A stretch of DNA of 64,000 bases. Source: an uncultured Candidatus Saccharibacteria bacterium. Lineage in GTDB: Bacteria > Patescibacteriota > Minisyncoccia > Phycocordibacterales > G965230995. Position 1 is the first letter of the stretch. The number at the start of each line of letters is the position of its first letter. Made by a program: the position numbers and the translations under genes. The notes beneath the pieces are model-generated. The model was given only the letters and a program-made list of their open reading frames with translations, had not been told where the DNA came from and did not search any database. Below are positions 37,442 through 47,729 of the stretch, one piece after another. The stretch covers positions 144,227-208,226 of the forward strand of contig OZ246398.1 in NCBI GenBank assembly GCA_965230995.1, given 5' to 3'.

Positions 37442-37972
37442 ATGGCAGTAATAAAACATAAAGAACAAAGAGTTGCAGTTTTTATAGATACACAAAATCT
37501 TTACCACACAGCAAAGCATCTTTACAAAGCTAAAGTTAATTTTGGTAAAGTAGTAGAAGACGCAGTGGGCGACAGAGCCCTCATTCGTGCGATTGCTTAT
37601 GTTATCACGACTGAATCTGGAGATGAGCAAGGTTTTTTTGAAGCACTAGAAAAATCAGGAATAGAAACAAAAACAAAGGATTTACAGGTTTTTGAAGGAG
37701 GTTCAAAAAAAGCCGATTGGGATGTCGGTCTTGCTGTTGACGCCATAAAAATGGCACCTAAATTGGATACCGTTATTTTAATTTCTGGAGACGGAGATTT
37801 TGCTCCGCTTGTACAATATTTACAAATAAATGAAGGTTGCCAGGTCGAAGTCGTATCATTTGGAAAATCTACATCTGGCAAATTGAGAGAAGTCGCCGAC
37901 GAATTTTTTGATCTTGATTTGACTCCTAAAAACTATTTGATTACGAACAACAAATTCTGGAATAGGGAATAA
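37442..37972 (+). CDS. NYN domain (LabA/DUF88) protein
   Basis: FIDTQNLY, KADWDVGLAVD and SGDGDF motifs. Confidence 0.9.
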   Translation: MAVIKHKEQRVAVFIDTQNLYHTAKHLYKAKVNFGKVVEDAVGDRALIRAIAYVITTESGDEQGFFEALEKSGIETKTKDLQVFEGGSKKADWDVGLAVDAIKMAPKLDTVILISGDGDFAPLVQYLQINEGCQVEVVSFGKSTSGKLREVADEFFDLDLTPKNYLITNNKFWNRE

Positions 37973-38144
37973 ACGAACTGGCCCCGCGCTTCGCGCGGGC
38001 CTAAACGGAATCAAAAATAACATCCGTCAAGCTATGAATTTGACATATTTTGTGATATATTGGCTGTATTAATAGTTAATTTCGCCTCTGCATAGGAAGA
38101 TTTGAATTTTTTTCAAGTCTTAAATGCAGAGGGGATACAAAAAT

Positions 38145-40259
38145 ATGAAGAAGAAAGAATATTCTGTCGAACTTGCTGGTAAAACTCTTACCGCGCAATT
38201 TAGTGACCTCGCAGAACAAGCCGATGGTTCTGTGATTATCACTTATGGAAACACCAGCGTCCTCGCGACTGCTGTGATGGGTAAAAATGCAGAAGGAGGG
38301 GACTGGTTCCCTTTGACTGTCGATTACGAAGAAAGATTCTATGCGGCAGGACAAATTTTGGGTAGCCAATACACAAGGAGAGAAGGCAAGCCAAGCGACG
38401 ACGCAATTTTGTCTGGAAGAATAGTCGACCGAACAATTCGTCCTTTGTTTGATCAAAGAATTAGAAATTCTGTACAGGTAATCATAACTGTACTTTCAAT
38501 CGAAGAAGACGACCCAGATGTTCTGTCAGTTCTCGCAGCATCTCTTGCACTTGGAACATCAGACATTCCATGGAACGGACCAGTTTCTGCCGTTCGAATT
38601 GGAAAACAAAAAAATGATGGCTTTGTTGTAAACCCAACATATCTTTTTAGAGATGATGAAAACTTTGAGACAGACATCGTTGCTTGCGGAAAAGATGGAA
38701 AGATAAATATGATTGAAGTGGGAGCCGAAGAAACAAAAGAGGAAGACCTTATGAACGGTCTTTCTCTTGCTGTAGAAGAAATAGAAAAATTGCAGGCTTT
38801 CCAAAATAAAATAATTGCTGAAATTGGCAAACCAAAAAGAGCAGTTGAAATAAAAGAGACAGATGAAGCAACGATAGAACTTTTCAAAAAAGAAATCGAA
38901 TCAAAACTTCCTGAATACGTAATGAGCGGACAGCCAGGAAAAGAAAAAATAGAAACATTAAAAGACGAATGGAAAAATATTTTTGTAAATACTTTTCCAG
39001 AAGGAAATGTGTCGCTTGCAATGGATTATTACGAACACAGAGTTGATGAGATAATCCACCGAGAAGCAATCGAAAATAACAAGAGACCAGATGGTAGGGG
39101 AATGGACGAAGTGAGACCTCTGTATGCACAGGCAGGTGGTATCTCAAATATTTTGCACGGATCAGGAATATTTTATCGAGGAGGAACACATATTCTTTCT
39201 GTTTTGACTTTAGGAGGGCCGGGTGACGCACAGACAATAGAAGGTATGGAAAACAAAGAAGACAAAAGATATATGCACCATTACAACTTTCCACCTTTCT
39301 CGGTTGGAGAAACAGGAAGACTTGGTGGATTAAACAGAAGAATGATCGGGCACGGAGCCCTAGCTGAAAAAGCACTGATACCTGTTTTGCCAACAAAAGA
39401 AAATTTTCCATACACAATCAGAATTGTTTCAGAATCTATGGCATCGAACGGATCGACATCGATGGGTTCTGTTTGTGGTTCTACTATTGCTCTTATGGAT
39501 GCCGGAGTTCCAATCAAAGCGCCAGTTGCAGGTATTGCATCTGGCCTTATGATAAAAGACGACAAGACCTATAAAGTCCTAACTGATATCCAAGGACCAG
39601 AAGATCATCACGGAGATATGGATTTCAAGGTTGCCGGAACAAAAGACGGTGTAACCGCAGTTCAAATGGATGTAAAAGTTTCTGGAATTCCACTACATAT
39701 CTTGAAAGAGGCTTTCGAGAAAGCAAAAAATGCTCGTATGCATATTATGCAAACAATTCTTTCTGCAATTCCGGCTCCAAGAGAAAACATTTCTCCAAGG
39801 GCACCAAAAATTGTGATTGTAAAAATTGAACAAGATCAAATAGGAATGGTTATTGGTTCTGGTGGAAAGACTATTAAAGAAATAAAAGAAAAGACAGGGG
39901 CTGAAATTGACATCGAAGATGATGGCTCCGTCTTTATAACAGGAAAAGAAGGCTCGGCAGAAAAAGCAGCAGAAATTATCAAAGCTATGACAAAGATATT
40001 CATAAAGGGTGAAAAAGTTATGGATGCAGAGGTCGTCAAAGTCACAGACTTTGGAGCTTTTGTGAGATTAAATTCAAGCACAGAGGGATTGGTTCATATT
40101 TCTGAACTTGCTCCATTTAGAGTAGAGAACATAAATTCATTTATAAAAGTAGGAGACAAAGTACCGGTAGTTGTAAAAGATATTGATGAAATGAAGAGAT
40201 TGAAACTCTCAATCAAAGATATCGATCCTACTAGATTTAAGAAACCAGAGGTTAAATAA
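38145..40259 (+). CDS. pnp: Polyribonucleotide nucleotidyltransferase
   Basis: FPLTVDYEE, HHYNFPPFSVGE, GDMDFKVAG; KH and S1 domains. Confidence 0.98.
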   Translation: MKKKEYSVELAGKTLTAQFSDLAEQADGSVIITYGNTSVLATAVMGKNAEGGDWFPLTVDYEERFYAAGQILGSQYTRREGKPSDDAILSGRIVDRTIRPLFDQRIRNSVQVIITVLSIEEDDPDVLSVLAASLALGTSDIPWNGPVSAVRIGKQKNDGFVVNPTYLFRDDENFETDIVACGKDGKINMIEVGAEETKEEDLMNGLSLAVEEIEKLQAFQNKIIAEIGKPKRAVEIKETDEATIELFKKEIESKLPEYVMSGQPGKEKIETLKDEWKNIFVNTFPEGNVSLAMDYYEHRVDEIIHREAIENNKRPDGRGMDEVRPLYAQAGGISNILHGSGIFYRGGTHILSVLTLGGPGDAQTIEGMENKEDKRYMHHYNFPPFSVGETGRLGGLNRRMIGHGALAEKALIPVLPTKENFPYTIRIVSESMASNGSTSMGSVCGSTIALMDAGVPIKAPVAGIASGLMIKDDKTYKVLTDIQGPEDHHGDMDFKVAGTKDGVTAVQMDVKVSGIPLHILKEAFEKAKNARMHIMQTILSAIPAPRENISPRAPKIVIVKIEQDQIGMVIGSGGKTIKEIKEKTGAEIDIEDDGSVFITGKEGSAEKAAEIIKAMTKIFIKGEKVMDAEVVKVTDFGAFVRLNSSTEGLVHISELAPFRVENINSFIKVGDKVPVVVKDIDEMKRLKLSIKDIDPTRFKKPEVK

Positions 40260-40262
40260 AGG

Positions 40263-40292
40263 AAAAAGCCCCGCCTACGGCGGGGCTTTTTT
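40263..40292 (+). terminator. Intrinsic terminator after pnp
   Basis: AAAAAGCCCCGCC-TAC-GGCGGGGCTTTTTT. Confidence 0.85.
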
Positions 40293-40308
40293 ATGCTACA
40301 ATAAAAAA

Positions 40309-41163
40309 ATGGAGTCCCCTATAAAAAACATAAAAGACTTGGATCGACTAATTGCCGAAGCAAGAGAAAAGGCAAAAAATGAAGCTGTAATAAAAAAAGC
40401 TTCTTCGATTGAACTTGCTGTAAAACCAGAAAATGACACCGCGAAACTTTCTGCAATCAGAACATATTCTTATGATGCAAACGAAGCAATAAAAAGAGAA
40501 AACGCTTCTATCGCTCGTATAAAATTAGCCGAAGAAAAAAGCGGGCGAATAAAAAATTACGCCACCACAAATTCATATTTCTGGATTATTCTAATTTTAT
40601 TTCTTTTGATTGGTGTCGGCGCTGGAACGTATTTTCTTATTTCAAAAAGAGAACCAAAAACAGAAGCAGAGCCGGTATTTGTAAAACCAACTACTATTAT
40701 TTCTTATGACAATTACGTTTCATCGCAGATAGAAAATCTTGAACAAAACATAATTGAAGTCAGAGCGGGAATATCTTTCATAGATTTAAAAGCTTCACAA
40801 GGCAATATAATCAAAAGACTAGTTCCTGAAATTATTTCTACTATGCCAAACGTACTCGAAAGAAACCTTTCTTCTGATTTTATGATTGGAACAATAGAAA
40901 AAAACGCAATTTCTAATCCTTTCATTATTTTGAAAGCCCCATATTCATATGCTTTTGTTGGAATGACACAGTGGGAAGCGACATTGCAAGATTCAGTCAC
41001 AAATATTTTTGGTAATACCACAAAAGAAACATTCAAGGATATCTGGACAGAAAAGGGGACATCCAGAGGAAATGATGAAATTTCTTATCTAATCACAAAG
41101 GAAGGCTATATTATAATCTCGACAGACATATCAATTTCCGAAGAAATTTACTCTAAAATATAG
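40309..41163 (+). CDS. Hypothetical single-TM protein
   Basis: IRTYSYDA N-terminal motif; central TM segment. Confidence 0.75.
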   Translation: MESPIKNIKDLDRLIAEAREKAKNEAVIKKASSIELAVKPENDTAKLSAIRTYSYDANEAIKRENASIARIKLAEEKSGRIKNYATTNSYFWIILILFLLIGVGAGTYFLISKREPKTEAEPVFVKPTTIISYDNYVSSQIENLEQNIIEVRAGISFIDLKASQGNIIKRLVPEIISTMPNVLERNLSSDFMIGTIEKNAISNPFIILKAPYSYAFVGMTQWEATLQDSVTNIFGNTTKETFKDIWTEKGTSRGNDEISYLITKEGYIIISTDISISEEIYSKI

Positions 41164-41199
41164 CTTTGATAGGTTACCTAAATCTGATAATATATAGTT

Positions 41200-41556
41200 A
41201 TGAAAAATACAGAAAAATACAAAGCACAGCTTGAAGCAGAATATGCTGACATTATCGAACAGCTAAAAACTATTGGTAGGGTAAACCCCGACAACCCAAT
41301 AGACTGGGAAGCCTTGGAACCAGAACATCCCGAAACACAGGCTGATGATAACGAAGTAGCAGATAATATCGAGGAATACGAAAATAACACTGCCGTTTTG
41401 AAACAACTTGAAATTCGTTTCAACGAAATTAAAAATGCTCTCGAAAAAATTAAAAATGCTAGCTATGGCCTCTGTGATGTTTGCAAAAAGGAGATAGAGT
41501 CTGAAAGACTCGAAGCCAATCCAGCAAGCACAACTTGCAAAGAGCATATGAATTAA
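41200..41556 (+). CDS. TraR/DksA C4 zinc-finger protein
   Basis: YGLCDVC..IESERLEANP...C motif. Confidence 0.88.
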   Translation: MKNTEKYKAQLEAEYADIIEQLKTIGRVNPDNPIDWEALEPEHPETQADDNEVADNIEEYENNTAVLKQLEIRFNEIKNALEKIKNASYGLCDVCKKEIESERLEANPASTTCKEHMN

Positions 41557-41557
41557 T

Positions 41558-43096
41558 ATGTCATTTGCAAAAGTTCACAGTGCACAAAATTACTTGCTTA
41601 GATCACATATAGTCGACATTGAAGTAGACCTCTCTCGAGGTCTATATTCATTTTCTATTGTCGGCCTACCAGATAAATCCGTAGAAGAATCTCGCGACAG
41701 AATTTCATCTGCAATAAAAAACTCTGGCTTTGAATCTCCAAAACAAAAAAATGAAAAGGTTGTTATTTCTCTTGCGCCGGCTCATATAAAAAAAGAAGGG
41801 GCCCATTTTGATCTTGCGGTCGCAATTGCATATTTAATTGCGTCGGGAGAACTTGTTTTAAGAGAGCAAACAAAATCTGTTTTTATCGGCGAACTTTCTC
41901 TCGACGGTACTGTTCGTCCTGTTTCAGGAATACTGCCTCTCGTTTGTGAAGCAAAAAAATCAGGTTTTGATTGTGTTTTTGTACCAAAAGAAAATGCAAA
42001 CGAAGCGGGTATAGCAAGAGGAATAAAAATATATCCGGTAGGGAGCCTACGAGAATTATTTGAGCACCTTTCACAAAATGGAAAATTAAAAATAGTAGAA
42101 TCTCCAGAAACAGAATTACCGGACCAAGAACAAAACAATGCAATAGACCTTTCTTTTATAAAAGGGCAGGAGACTGCAAAGAGAGCTTTAATAATTGCAT
42201 GCGCAGGAGGTCATAATTTGAATTTTTACGGACCGCCAGGTACAGGAAAAAGTATGCTTGCAAAAGCGTGTTGTGGTATTTTGCCAAAATTATCTTATGA
42301 AGAAGTCCTAGAAGTGACAGGCATACATTCAGCTTCGGGTGTTCTCGAAAGTAATTTCATAACAACGCCACCCGTTAGATCTCCGCATCATACTTCGTCT
42401 TATGTTTCTTTGGTTGGCGGTGGAGCAAATCTAAAACCCGGTGAAATAACTTTGGCACACAGAGGAATACTTTTCCTCGATGAGTTTCCGGAATTCGACA
42501 GGAAAGTTCTCGAGGCCTTGCGTGAACCGCTCGAAGAAAAAACTGTCAGAATATCCAGGGCAAAGGGAAGTGTAATCTTTCCCGCGGATATAATGCTCAT
42601 ATCTGCAATGAACCCATGCCAATGTGGATATTTTGGATCAGAGCACAGACAATGTACTTGTTTACCGCATATGAGAGAAAAATATCTCAAAAAAATATCT
42701 GGACCGATTATGGATAGAATAGATATATGGACATCAGTTGAAAATATTCCGCACGAAAAGTTAATGTCTAAATCAACAGAAGGAATAACAAGTGCCGAAG
42801 CAAGAGAGATGATAAAGTCTGCTAGAAAAAAACAAAAAGAAAGATTTGAATCTCTAAATATTAAAATAGACAAAAACAGTAGGATACCATCGAATGAAAT
42901 TGAAAGGGCAGTAAGATACACAAAAGGAGCGTTGGATACATTAAATATAGCAAGTGGAAAATTGGGACTATCGCCTCGTTCATACCACAGAATGTTACGG
43001 CTGGCTCGAACGATTGCTGATTTAGATGAAAAGACAGAAGTCGAGACCCCTCATATCTTGGAAGCTCTACAATATAGACCAAAACTTGAAGTATAA
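41558..43096 (+). CDS. comM: ComM/YifB Mg-chelatase-like AAA+ ATPase
   Basis: IVGLPD, GPPGTGKSM, RSPHHT, LAHRGILFLDE and LARTIADL motifs. Confidence 0.93.
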   Translation: MSFAKVHSAQNYLLRSHIVDIEVDLSRGLYSFSIVGLPDKSVEESRDRISSAIKNSGFESPKQKNEKVVISLAPAHIKKEGAHFDLAVAIAYLIASGELVLREQTKSVFIGELSLDGTVRPVSGILPLVCEAKKSGFDCVFVPKENANEAGIARGIKIYPVGSLRELFEHLSQNGKLKIVESPETELPDQEQNNAIDLSFIKGQETAKRALIIACAGGHNLNFYGPPGTGKSMLAKACCGILPKLSYEEVLEVTGIHSASGVLESNFITTPPVRSPHHTSSYVSLVGGGANLKPGEITLAHRGILFLDEFPEFDRKVLEALREPLEEKTVRISRAKGSVIFPADIMLISAMNPCQCGYFGSEHRQCTCLPHMREKYLKKISGPIMDRIDIWTSVENIPHEKLMSKSTEGITSAEAREMIKSARKKQKERFESLNIKIDKNSRIPSNEIERAVRYTKGALDTLNIASGKLGLSPRSYHRMLRLARTIADLDEKTEVETPHILEALQYRPKLEV

Positions 43097-43144
43097 ACAA
43101 AAAATGCCTTTCGGCATTTTTTGTTTGGGAGCAAAAAACGACTC

Positions 43145-44116
43145 TTAAAATGGATTTACAGCACCTCGAATTTCAAAATGTAGATGTGGGCCAGTAGAGT
43201 TTCCTGTGTTTCCAGAATATCCGATTATCTGTCCTTGCAAAACTTCTTCGCCAGCATTGACTGCTGTTTTATCCAAATGAGCGTAAAGAGTTTGAGAATT
43301 ATTTCCGTGTTTTATAACAACATATTTTGCATAACCTCCATTCCAACCTTCTTCTCGACTAACCGCAACAATTCCCGAAGCAGATGCATAGACAGGTGTT
43401 CCGATTGGGGCAGCAAGGTCAATTGCATTATATCCGTGTATGCCTTGTGTCTTTCGATATTTTGCCATTGGCGGTATGTAATATCCCAAAGATTCTTTAG
43501 ATGAACCTTTTATGTTTATGACTCTTGTTGAAGAATCCTTTGAAGGTTTTGCATCACCATCCGGAATTATTATTGTTTCACCAACAGAAAGTATGGCTTT
43601 GTTTGAAATATTATTATAATCCATTATTTCTTTAACATCTGCATGGTATGTTGTAGCAACAGAATCAACAGTGTCTCCTTTTTTTACTATATGTTTTACT
43701 CCTGAAATAGGGAGAATAACCAAAGTCTGACCTGGTCTTATTTTACTTCCAGAAATATCATTACCCCACAAAATAGTATTCACGCTAACTTTAAACATTT
43801 CTGCAATTCCTGAAATAGTGTCACCTTCGCGAACTACATAAACGCTAATTTGGTCTGTTTCAATGTTATGAGAAACAGAGGAAAGGGAGGATGGCCCTGA
43901 TTCAGACAGAAGAGCGCTTCCGTCTATTACTGTTATATCCCCACCGCCAATATCATTTCTAGGATTTAGAGACGCACTAAGCAAAGCCATATTCTGAGCA
44001 TTTTCATATACTATAGGCTTTGTCTGTTCTGATTTTCCCGAAATCAAATCAGCAACAAAAGAAAATATGCTCGCCTCGGCTTTAGCAGGCATTGATATTG
44101 AAAATATGGCAATCAA
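43145..44116 (-). CDS. LysM + M23 peptidase (start codon uncertain)
   Basis: Two LysM repeats; AIDLAA, TLYAHL and STGPHLHFE motifs. Confidence 0.9.
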   Translation of the reverse strand: MIAIFSISMPAKAEASIFSFVADLISGKSEQTKPIVYENAQNMALLSASLNPRNDIGGGDITVIDGSALLSESGPSSLSSVSHNIETDQISVYVVREGDTISGIAEMFKVSVNTILWGNDISGSKIRPGQTLVILPISGVKHIVKKGDTVDSVATTYHADVKEIMDYNNISNKAILSVGETIIIPDGDAKPSKDSSTRVINIKGSSKESLGYYIPPMAKYRKTQGIHGYNAIDLAAPIGTPVYASASGIVAVSREEGWNGGYAKYVVIKHGNNSQTLYAHLDKTAVNAGEEVLQGQIIGYSGNTGNSTGPHLHFEIRGAVNPF

Positions 44117-44452
44117 TATTATCGATAGAGAAGACAGTCTCTTTCGAAAATCTCGTATGTCATTTAAGGATTCTTTTGATCCATTGTCCTTAAAATCACG
44201 TGGTTTTCTTAAAATAGCTTTTTTGTTATTTTGTAACTCTTTCGCTCGGAAATGGCTTTATTTAGCCATATTTATGTGGTATTCCATACAGAATATCCGT
44301 CTATTATACGCTGGGGCACCCCCTAGTCAATCGACAAAATATAGCATTTGTGGTTTAAAAATTTAGCAAAAAATATTGCTTTGCCATTCAATATGTGTTA
44401 TTATATTAAAAGGTACGAAACATTGTTCTAACAGCAACTTGGGAGAGACACA

Positions 44453-44776
44453 ATGATTGACTTTGCCAACGAGGCACAGATCCTTCTTAGTGGGATGAAG
44501 AAGGGAGTTCCCATGATGATCGACCACGACCTCATGGCTGAACTGACACGGACGAACGGCAAGATGACGGCGAAGGCATGGCTGTCCCGCGCCTTCGCCG
44601 CCTACAAGGACGGCAGGATCAAGGACTCCCTCCTGTGCCTGCAAGGCGCCGTGGGCAAGGAGAAATTCCCCGAGAAGGAATTTCGGCGCCTGCGGGCGCT
44701 CCGCATCCTCTGTGCGAAGGACCTCGAGCCGGCGTCGGTGCATTCCGAGGGTGGAATGACGACGGCCAAGGACTAA
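44453..44776 (+). CDS. GC-rich orphan protein
   Basis: GGGAG SD; upstream promoter; strong G/C third-position bias; GC hairpin terminator at 44801-44839. Confidence 0.7.
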   Translation: MIDFANEAQILLSGMKKGVPMMIDHDLMAELTRTNGKMTAKAWLSRAFAAYKDGRIKDSLLCLQGAVGKEKFPEKEFRRLRALRILCAKDLEPASVHSEGGMTTAKD

Positions 44777-44893
44777 CCCGACCGAGGGGACAAACTCGGT
44801 GCCCGGCGCGCGCGTAGCGTGTGCCGGGCTGGTTTTTTTATATCCCCAAAAAACAAATTTTGATAATACAGAAAGACAAGCTAATATTGGACG

Positions 44894-46867
44894 ATGCCAG
44901 AACCAATTTCATATTTAGAAACTCTAAACCAAGAACAAAAAGATGCAGTGCTCTATACTGATGGGCCGTTACTAATTCTCGCCGGTGCAGGAGCAGGAAA
45001 AACAAAAACAATTACTCATCGAATATTACATTTAATACACAAAGGTATCGCCCCACATAGAATCCTCGCTATAACTTTTACAAACAAAGCCGGCAATGAA
45101 ATGAAAGAGAGGGTAGAAAAATTGATCAGAGAAGATAAAACTTTGAATCTACCCGTCGAAATGAATGAACATCCTTTCGTGAGCACTTTTCACTCTCTCG
45201 GTGTACATATTTTAAGAGAACAAGCAGGAAGAATCGGACTTCCAAAACATTTTTCAATTTTTGATAGAGATGATTCAAAAAAAGCAGTGAAAGAAGCCAT
45301 CGCAAAAGCCGGCCTCGATCCAAAACAATTTGAACCAGGAAAAATATTATCTGCCATATCAAAACAAAAAGGGAATATGGTCACAGCAAAGAGCTTCGCG
45401 CGGAGCGCTAATCAAAGCTATTTTGCCGACATAATAGGAAAAGTTTGGATGGAATATGAAAAAATTCTTGAGAGAGAAAAGGCTCTTGATTTTGATGATT
45501 TGATTTTAAAGACGGCTCTTTTATTAAAAGAAAATGCCGAAGCAAGAGAATATTACCAAAATATTTGGACTCATATACATATCGACGAATATCAAGATAC
45601 AAACAAGGTTCAGTACGAAATAGCAAAACATCTCGCAGACAAAACAAAAAATATTTGTGTCGTCGGCGATATCGATCAAAACATTTACAGCTGGAGAGGT
45701 GCGGATATAAAAAATATTTTAAATTTTGAAAAAGATTATCCTCAAGCAAAAACAATTTTACTCGAAAGAAATTACAGATCAACCCAAACAATACTCACCG
45801 CTGCCAATAGAATTATAGAAAAAAATATTCATCGAAAAGAAAAAAATCTTTACACAGAAAATAATGAAGGAGAGAAAATTTCTCTCTTTGATGCGTACAA
45901 TGAAAATAGTGAAGCGAGATTTGTCGCAAACAAAGCAAAAGAACTTCTCGCAAATAACGTCCCGGGTGAAGAAATTGCAATTTTGTATAGGACAAACTTT
46001 CAATCGAGAGCACTCGAAGAAGCTTGTATCTCTATGCAAGTTCCATATCAGATGCTCGGAGTGAAATTCTTTGAGAGAAAAGAAGTAAAAGATGTTTTGT
46101 CTTATATAAGAGCGAGTCTCAATCCAGATTCTATTTCTGATATAAAAAGAATTATCAATAGCCCGAAGAGGGGAATTGGAAAAACAACTATTTTAAAAAT
46201 ATTTGAAGGAAAAAAAGAAGAGCTTCCTTCTGCTACAAAAAAGAAAGTTGATTCATTCTTTTTGCTACTTTCAAAAATACAAAAAGTTGCTACGACTTCA
46301 AAACCAAGCGATACAGTAAAATATGTAATCAAAGAGACAGGTATTGAAACAGAACTTTCAACAGGTAGCGAAGAAGATATGGAAAGACTTGGAAACGTAA
46401 AAGAGCTCGCAACAATTGCAAGCAACTATGATTTACTTTCTCCCGAAGAGGGAATAGAAAAGCTCTTGTCTGAAAGCGCTCTTGCGACCGATCAAGACAG
46501 TTTGGACACGGAAAAGACAAACAAAGGCATCAAAATGATGACAATCCACGCCTCGAAGGGTCTAGAATTTGATTATGTTTTTATAACCGGTCTTGAAGAC
46601 GGGCTTTTTCCTTCACATAAAGACAATATTCCAAAAGATAGCGAAGAGGGGGAGGAAGAACGAAGACTATTTTATGTTGCTCTCACAAGAGCGAGAAAAA
46701 AGATTTTTCTTTCTTATGCCCAAATGCGGACAATATATGGCTCAAAACAAATGAATATTCCGTCTGAATTCGTATATGATATAGATGATGATTTGGTAGA
46801 AAGAGAAGAAACAGACAGAGAAACACACTATTTGGATGATAAACCGCTATTTAGAATAGATTTTTAG
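44894..46867 (+). CDS. pcrA: ATP-dependent DNA helicase PcrA/UvrD
   Basis: AGAGAGKT, DEYQDTN, NYRST, TIHASKGLEF and EERRLFYVALTRA motifs. Confidence 0.96.
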   Translation: MPEPISYLETLNQEQKDAVLYTDGPLLILAGAGAGKTKTITHRILHLIHKGIAPHRILAITFTNKAGNEMKERVEKLIREDKTLNLPVEMNEHPFVSTFHSLGVHILREQAGRIGLPKHFSIFDRDDSKKAVKEAIAKAGLDPKQFEPGKILSAISKQKGNMVTAKSFARSANQSYFADIIGKVWMEYEKILEREKALDFDDLILKTALLLKENAEAREYYQNIWTHIHIDEYQDTNKVQYEIAKHLADKTKNICVVGDIDQNIYSWRGADIKNILNFEKDYPQAKTILLERNYRSTQTILTAANRIIEKNIHRKEKNLYTENNEGEKISLFDAYNENSEARFVANKAKELLANNVPGEEIAILYRTNFQSRALEEACISMQVPYQMLGVKFFERKEVKDVLSYIRASLNPDSISDIKRIINSPKRGIGKTTILKIFEGKKEELPSATKKKVDSFFLLLSKIQKVATTSKPSDTVKYVIKETGIETELSTGSEEDMERLGNVKELATIASNYDLLSPEEGIEKLLSESALATDQDSLDTEKTNKGIKMMTIHASKGLEFDYVFITGLEDGLFPSHKDNIPKDSEEGEEERRLFYVALTRARKKIFLSYAQMRTIYGSKQMNIPSEFVYDIDDDLVEREETDRETHYLDDKPLFRIDF

Positions 46868-46902
46868 GTGATTTTTTGGTTAAACTGCTGTACTATTATT
46901 AT

Positions 46903-47691
46903 ATGTTTCAAAAGAAATCACTCGGACAGAATTTTCTGAATAATCCTGTTATTTTGGACAAAATTGTAACAGCAGGAGAAACTCAAAAAGGCGATATTAT
47001 CTTGGAAATAGGCCCTGGAAAGGGAACTCTAACAGAAAAACTCTTGGAAAAGGGGGCAATTGTCTATGCTGTAGAAAAAGATGACCGTTTAATACCATTT
47101 CTAGAGGAAAAATTCAAAAAATATGCTGATAATAAACACTTTTTTCTAATAAGTGGGGATATCGCAGAAATGGATATTGATGATATTGGTATAAAAACAG
47201 ATTATAAAATAATCGCAAATATTCCGTATTACATTACAGGTCTAATAATCAGAAAATTCCTCGAAAGCCAAAAACAGCAAAAAACAATGGTTATTTTGGT
47301 TCAAAAAGAAGTAGCCGACAGAATTTGTGCCAAAGACGGCAAGGAAAGTCTTCTTTCTGTTTCAATAAAGGCTTATGGCGAACCTTTTTCTCTTGGAACA
47401 GTCAAAAAAGGCAATTTTTCACCAGCACCAAAGGTTGATTCGGCAATTCTTGCCATAAAAAACATATCGAGAGACTTCTTTACACGGGAAAATATCTCCG
47501 AAGAAGATTTTTTTAGTGTAATTAAGACTTGTTTTGCCGGAAAAAGAAAAATGCTCCGCGGAAAAATAAAAGACTTTTCGAAAGAAAAAAATGCGGAGGA
47601 AATTCTCCAAAAAATAAATATCAAAAGTGACGCTAGGGCAGAGGATCTGTCTCTTTTAGATTGGGCAAATCTCACAAAAAATTTGCTTTAA
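46903..47691 (+). CDS. rsmA: 16S rRNA adenine dimethyltransferase
   Basis: KKSLGQNFL, EIGPGKG, ANIPYYIT and PAPKVDSA motifs. Confidence 0.96.
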   Translation: MFQKKSLGQNFLNNPVILDKIVTAGETQKGDIILEIGPGKGTLTEKLLEKGAIVYAVEKDDRLIPFLEEKFKKYADNKHFFLISGDIAEMDIDDIGIKTDYKIIANIPYYITGLIIRKFLESQKQQKTMVILVQKEVADRICAKDGKESLLSVSIKAYGEPFSLGTVKKGNFSPAPKVDSAILAIKNISRDFFTRENISEEDFFSVIKTCFAGKRKMLRGKIKDFSKEKNAEEILQKINIKSDARAEDLSLLDWANLTKNLL

Positions 47692-47729
47692 TTTTGTAGG
47701 ACAGAGTTTGGGGTGATATAATTGTATTT

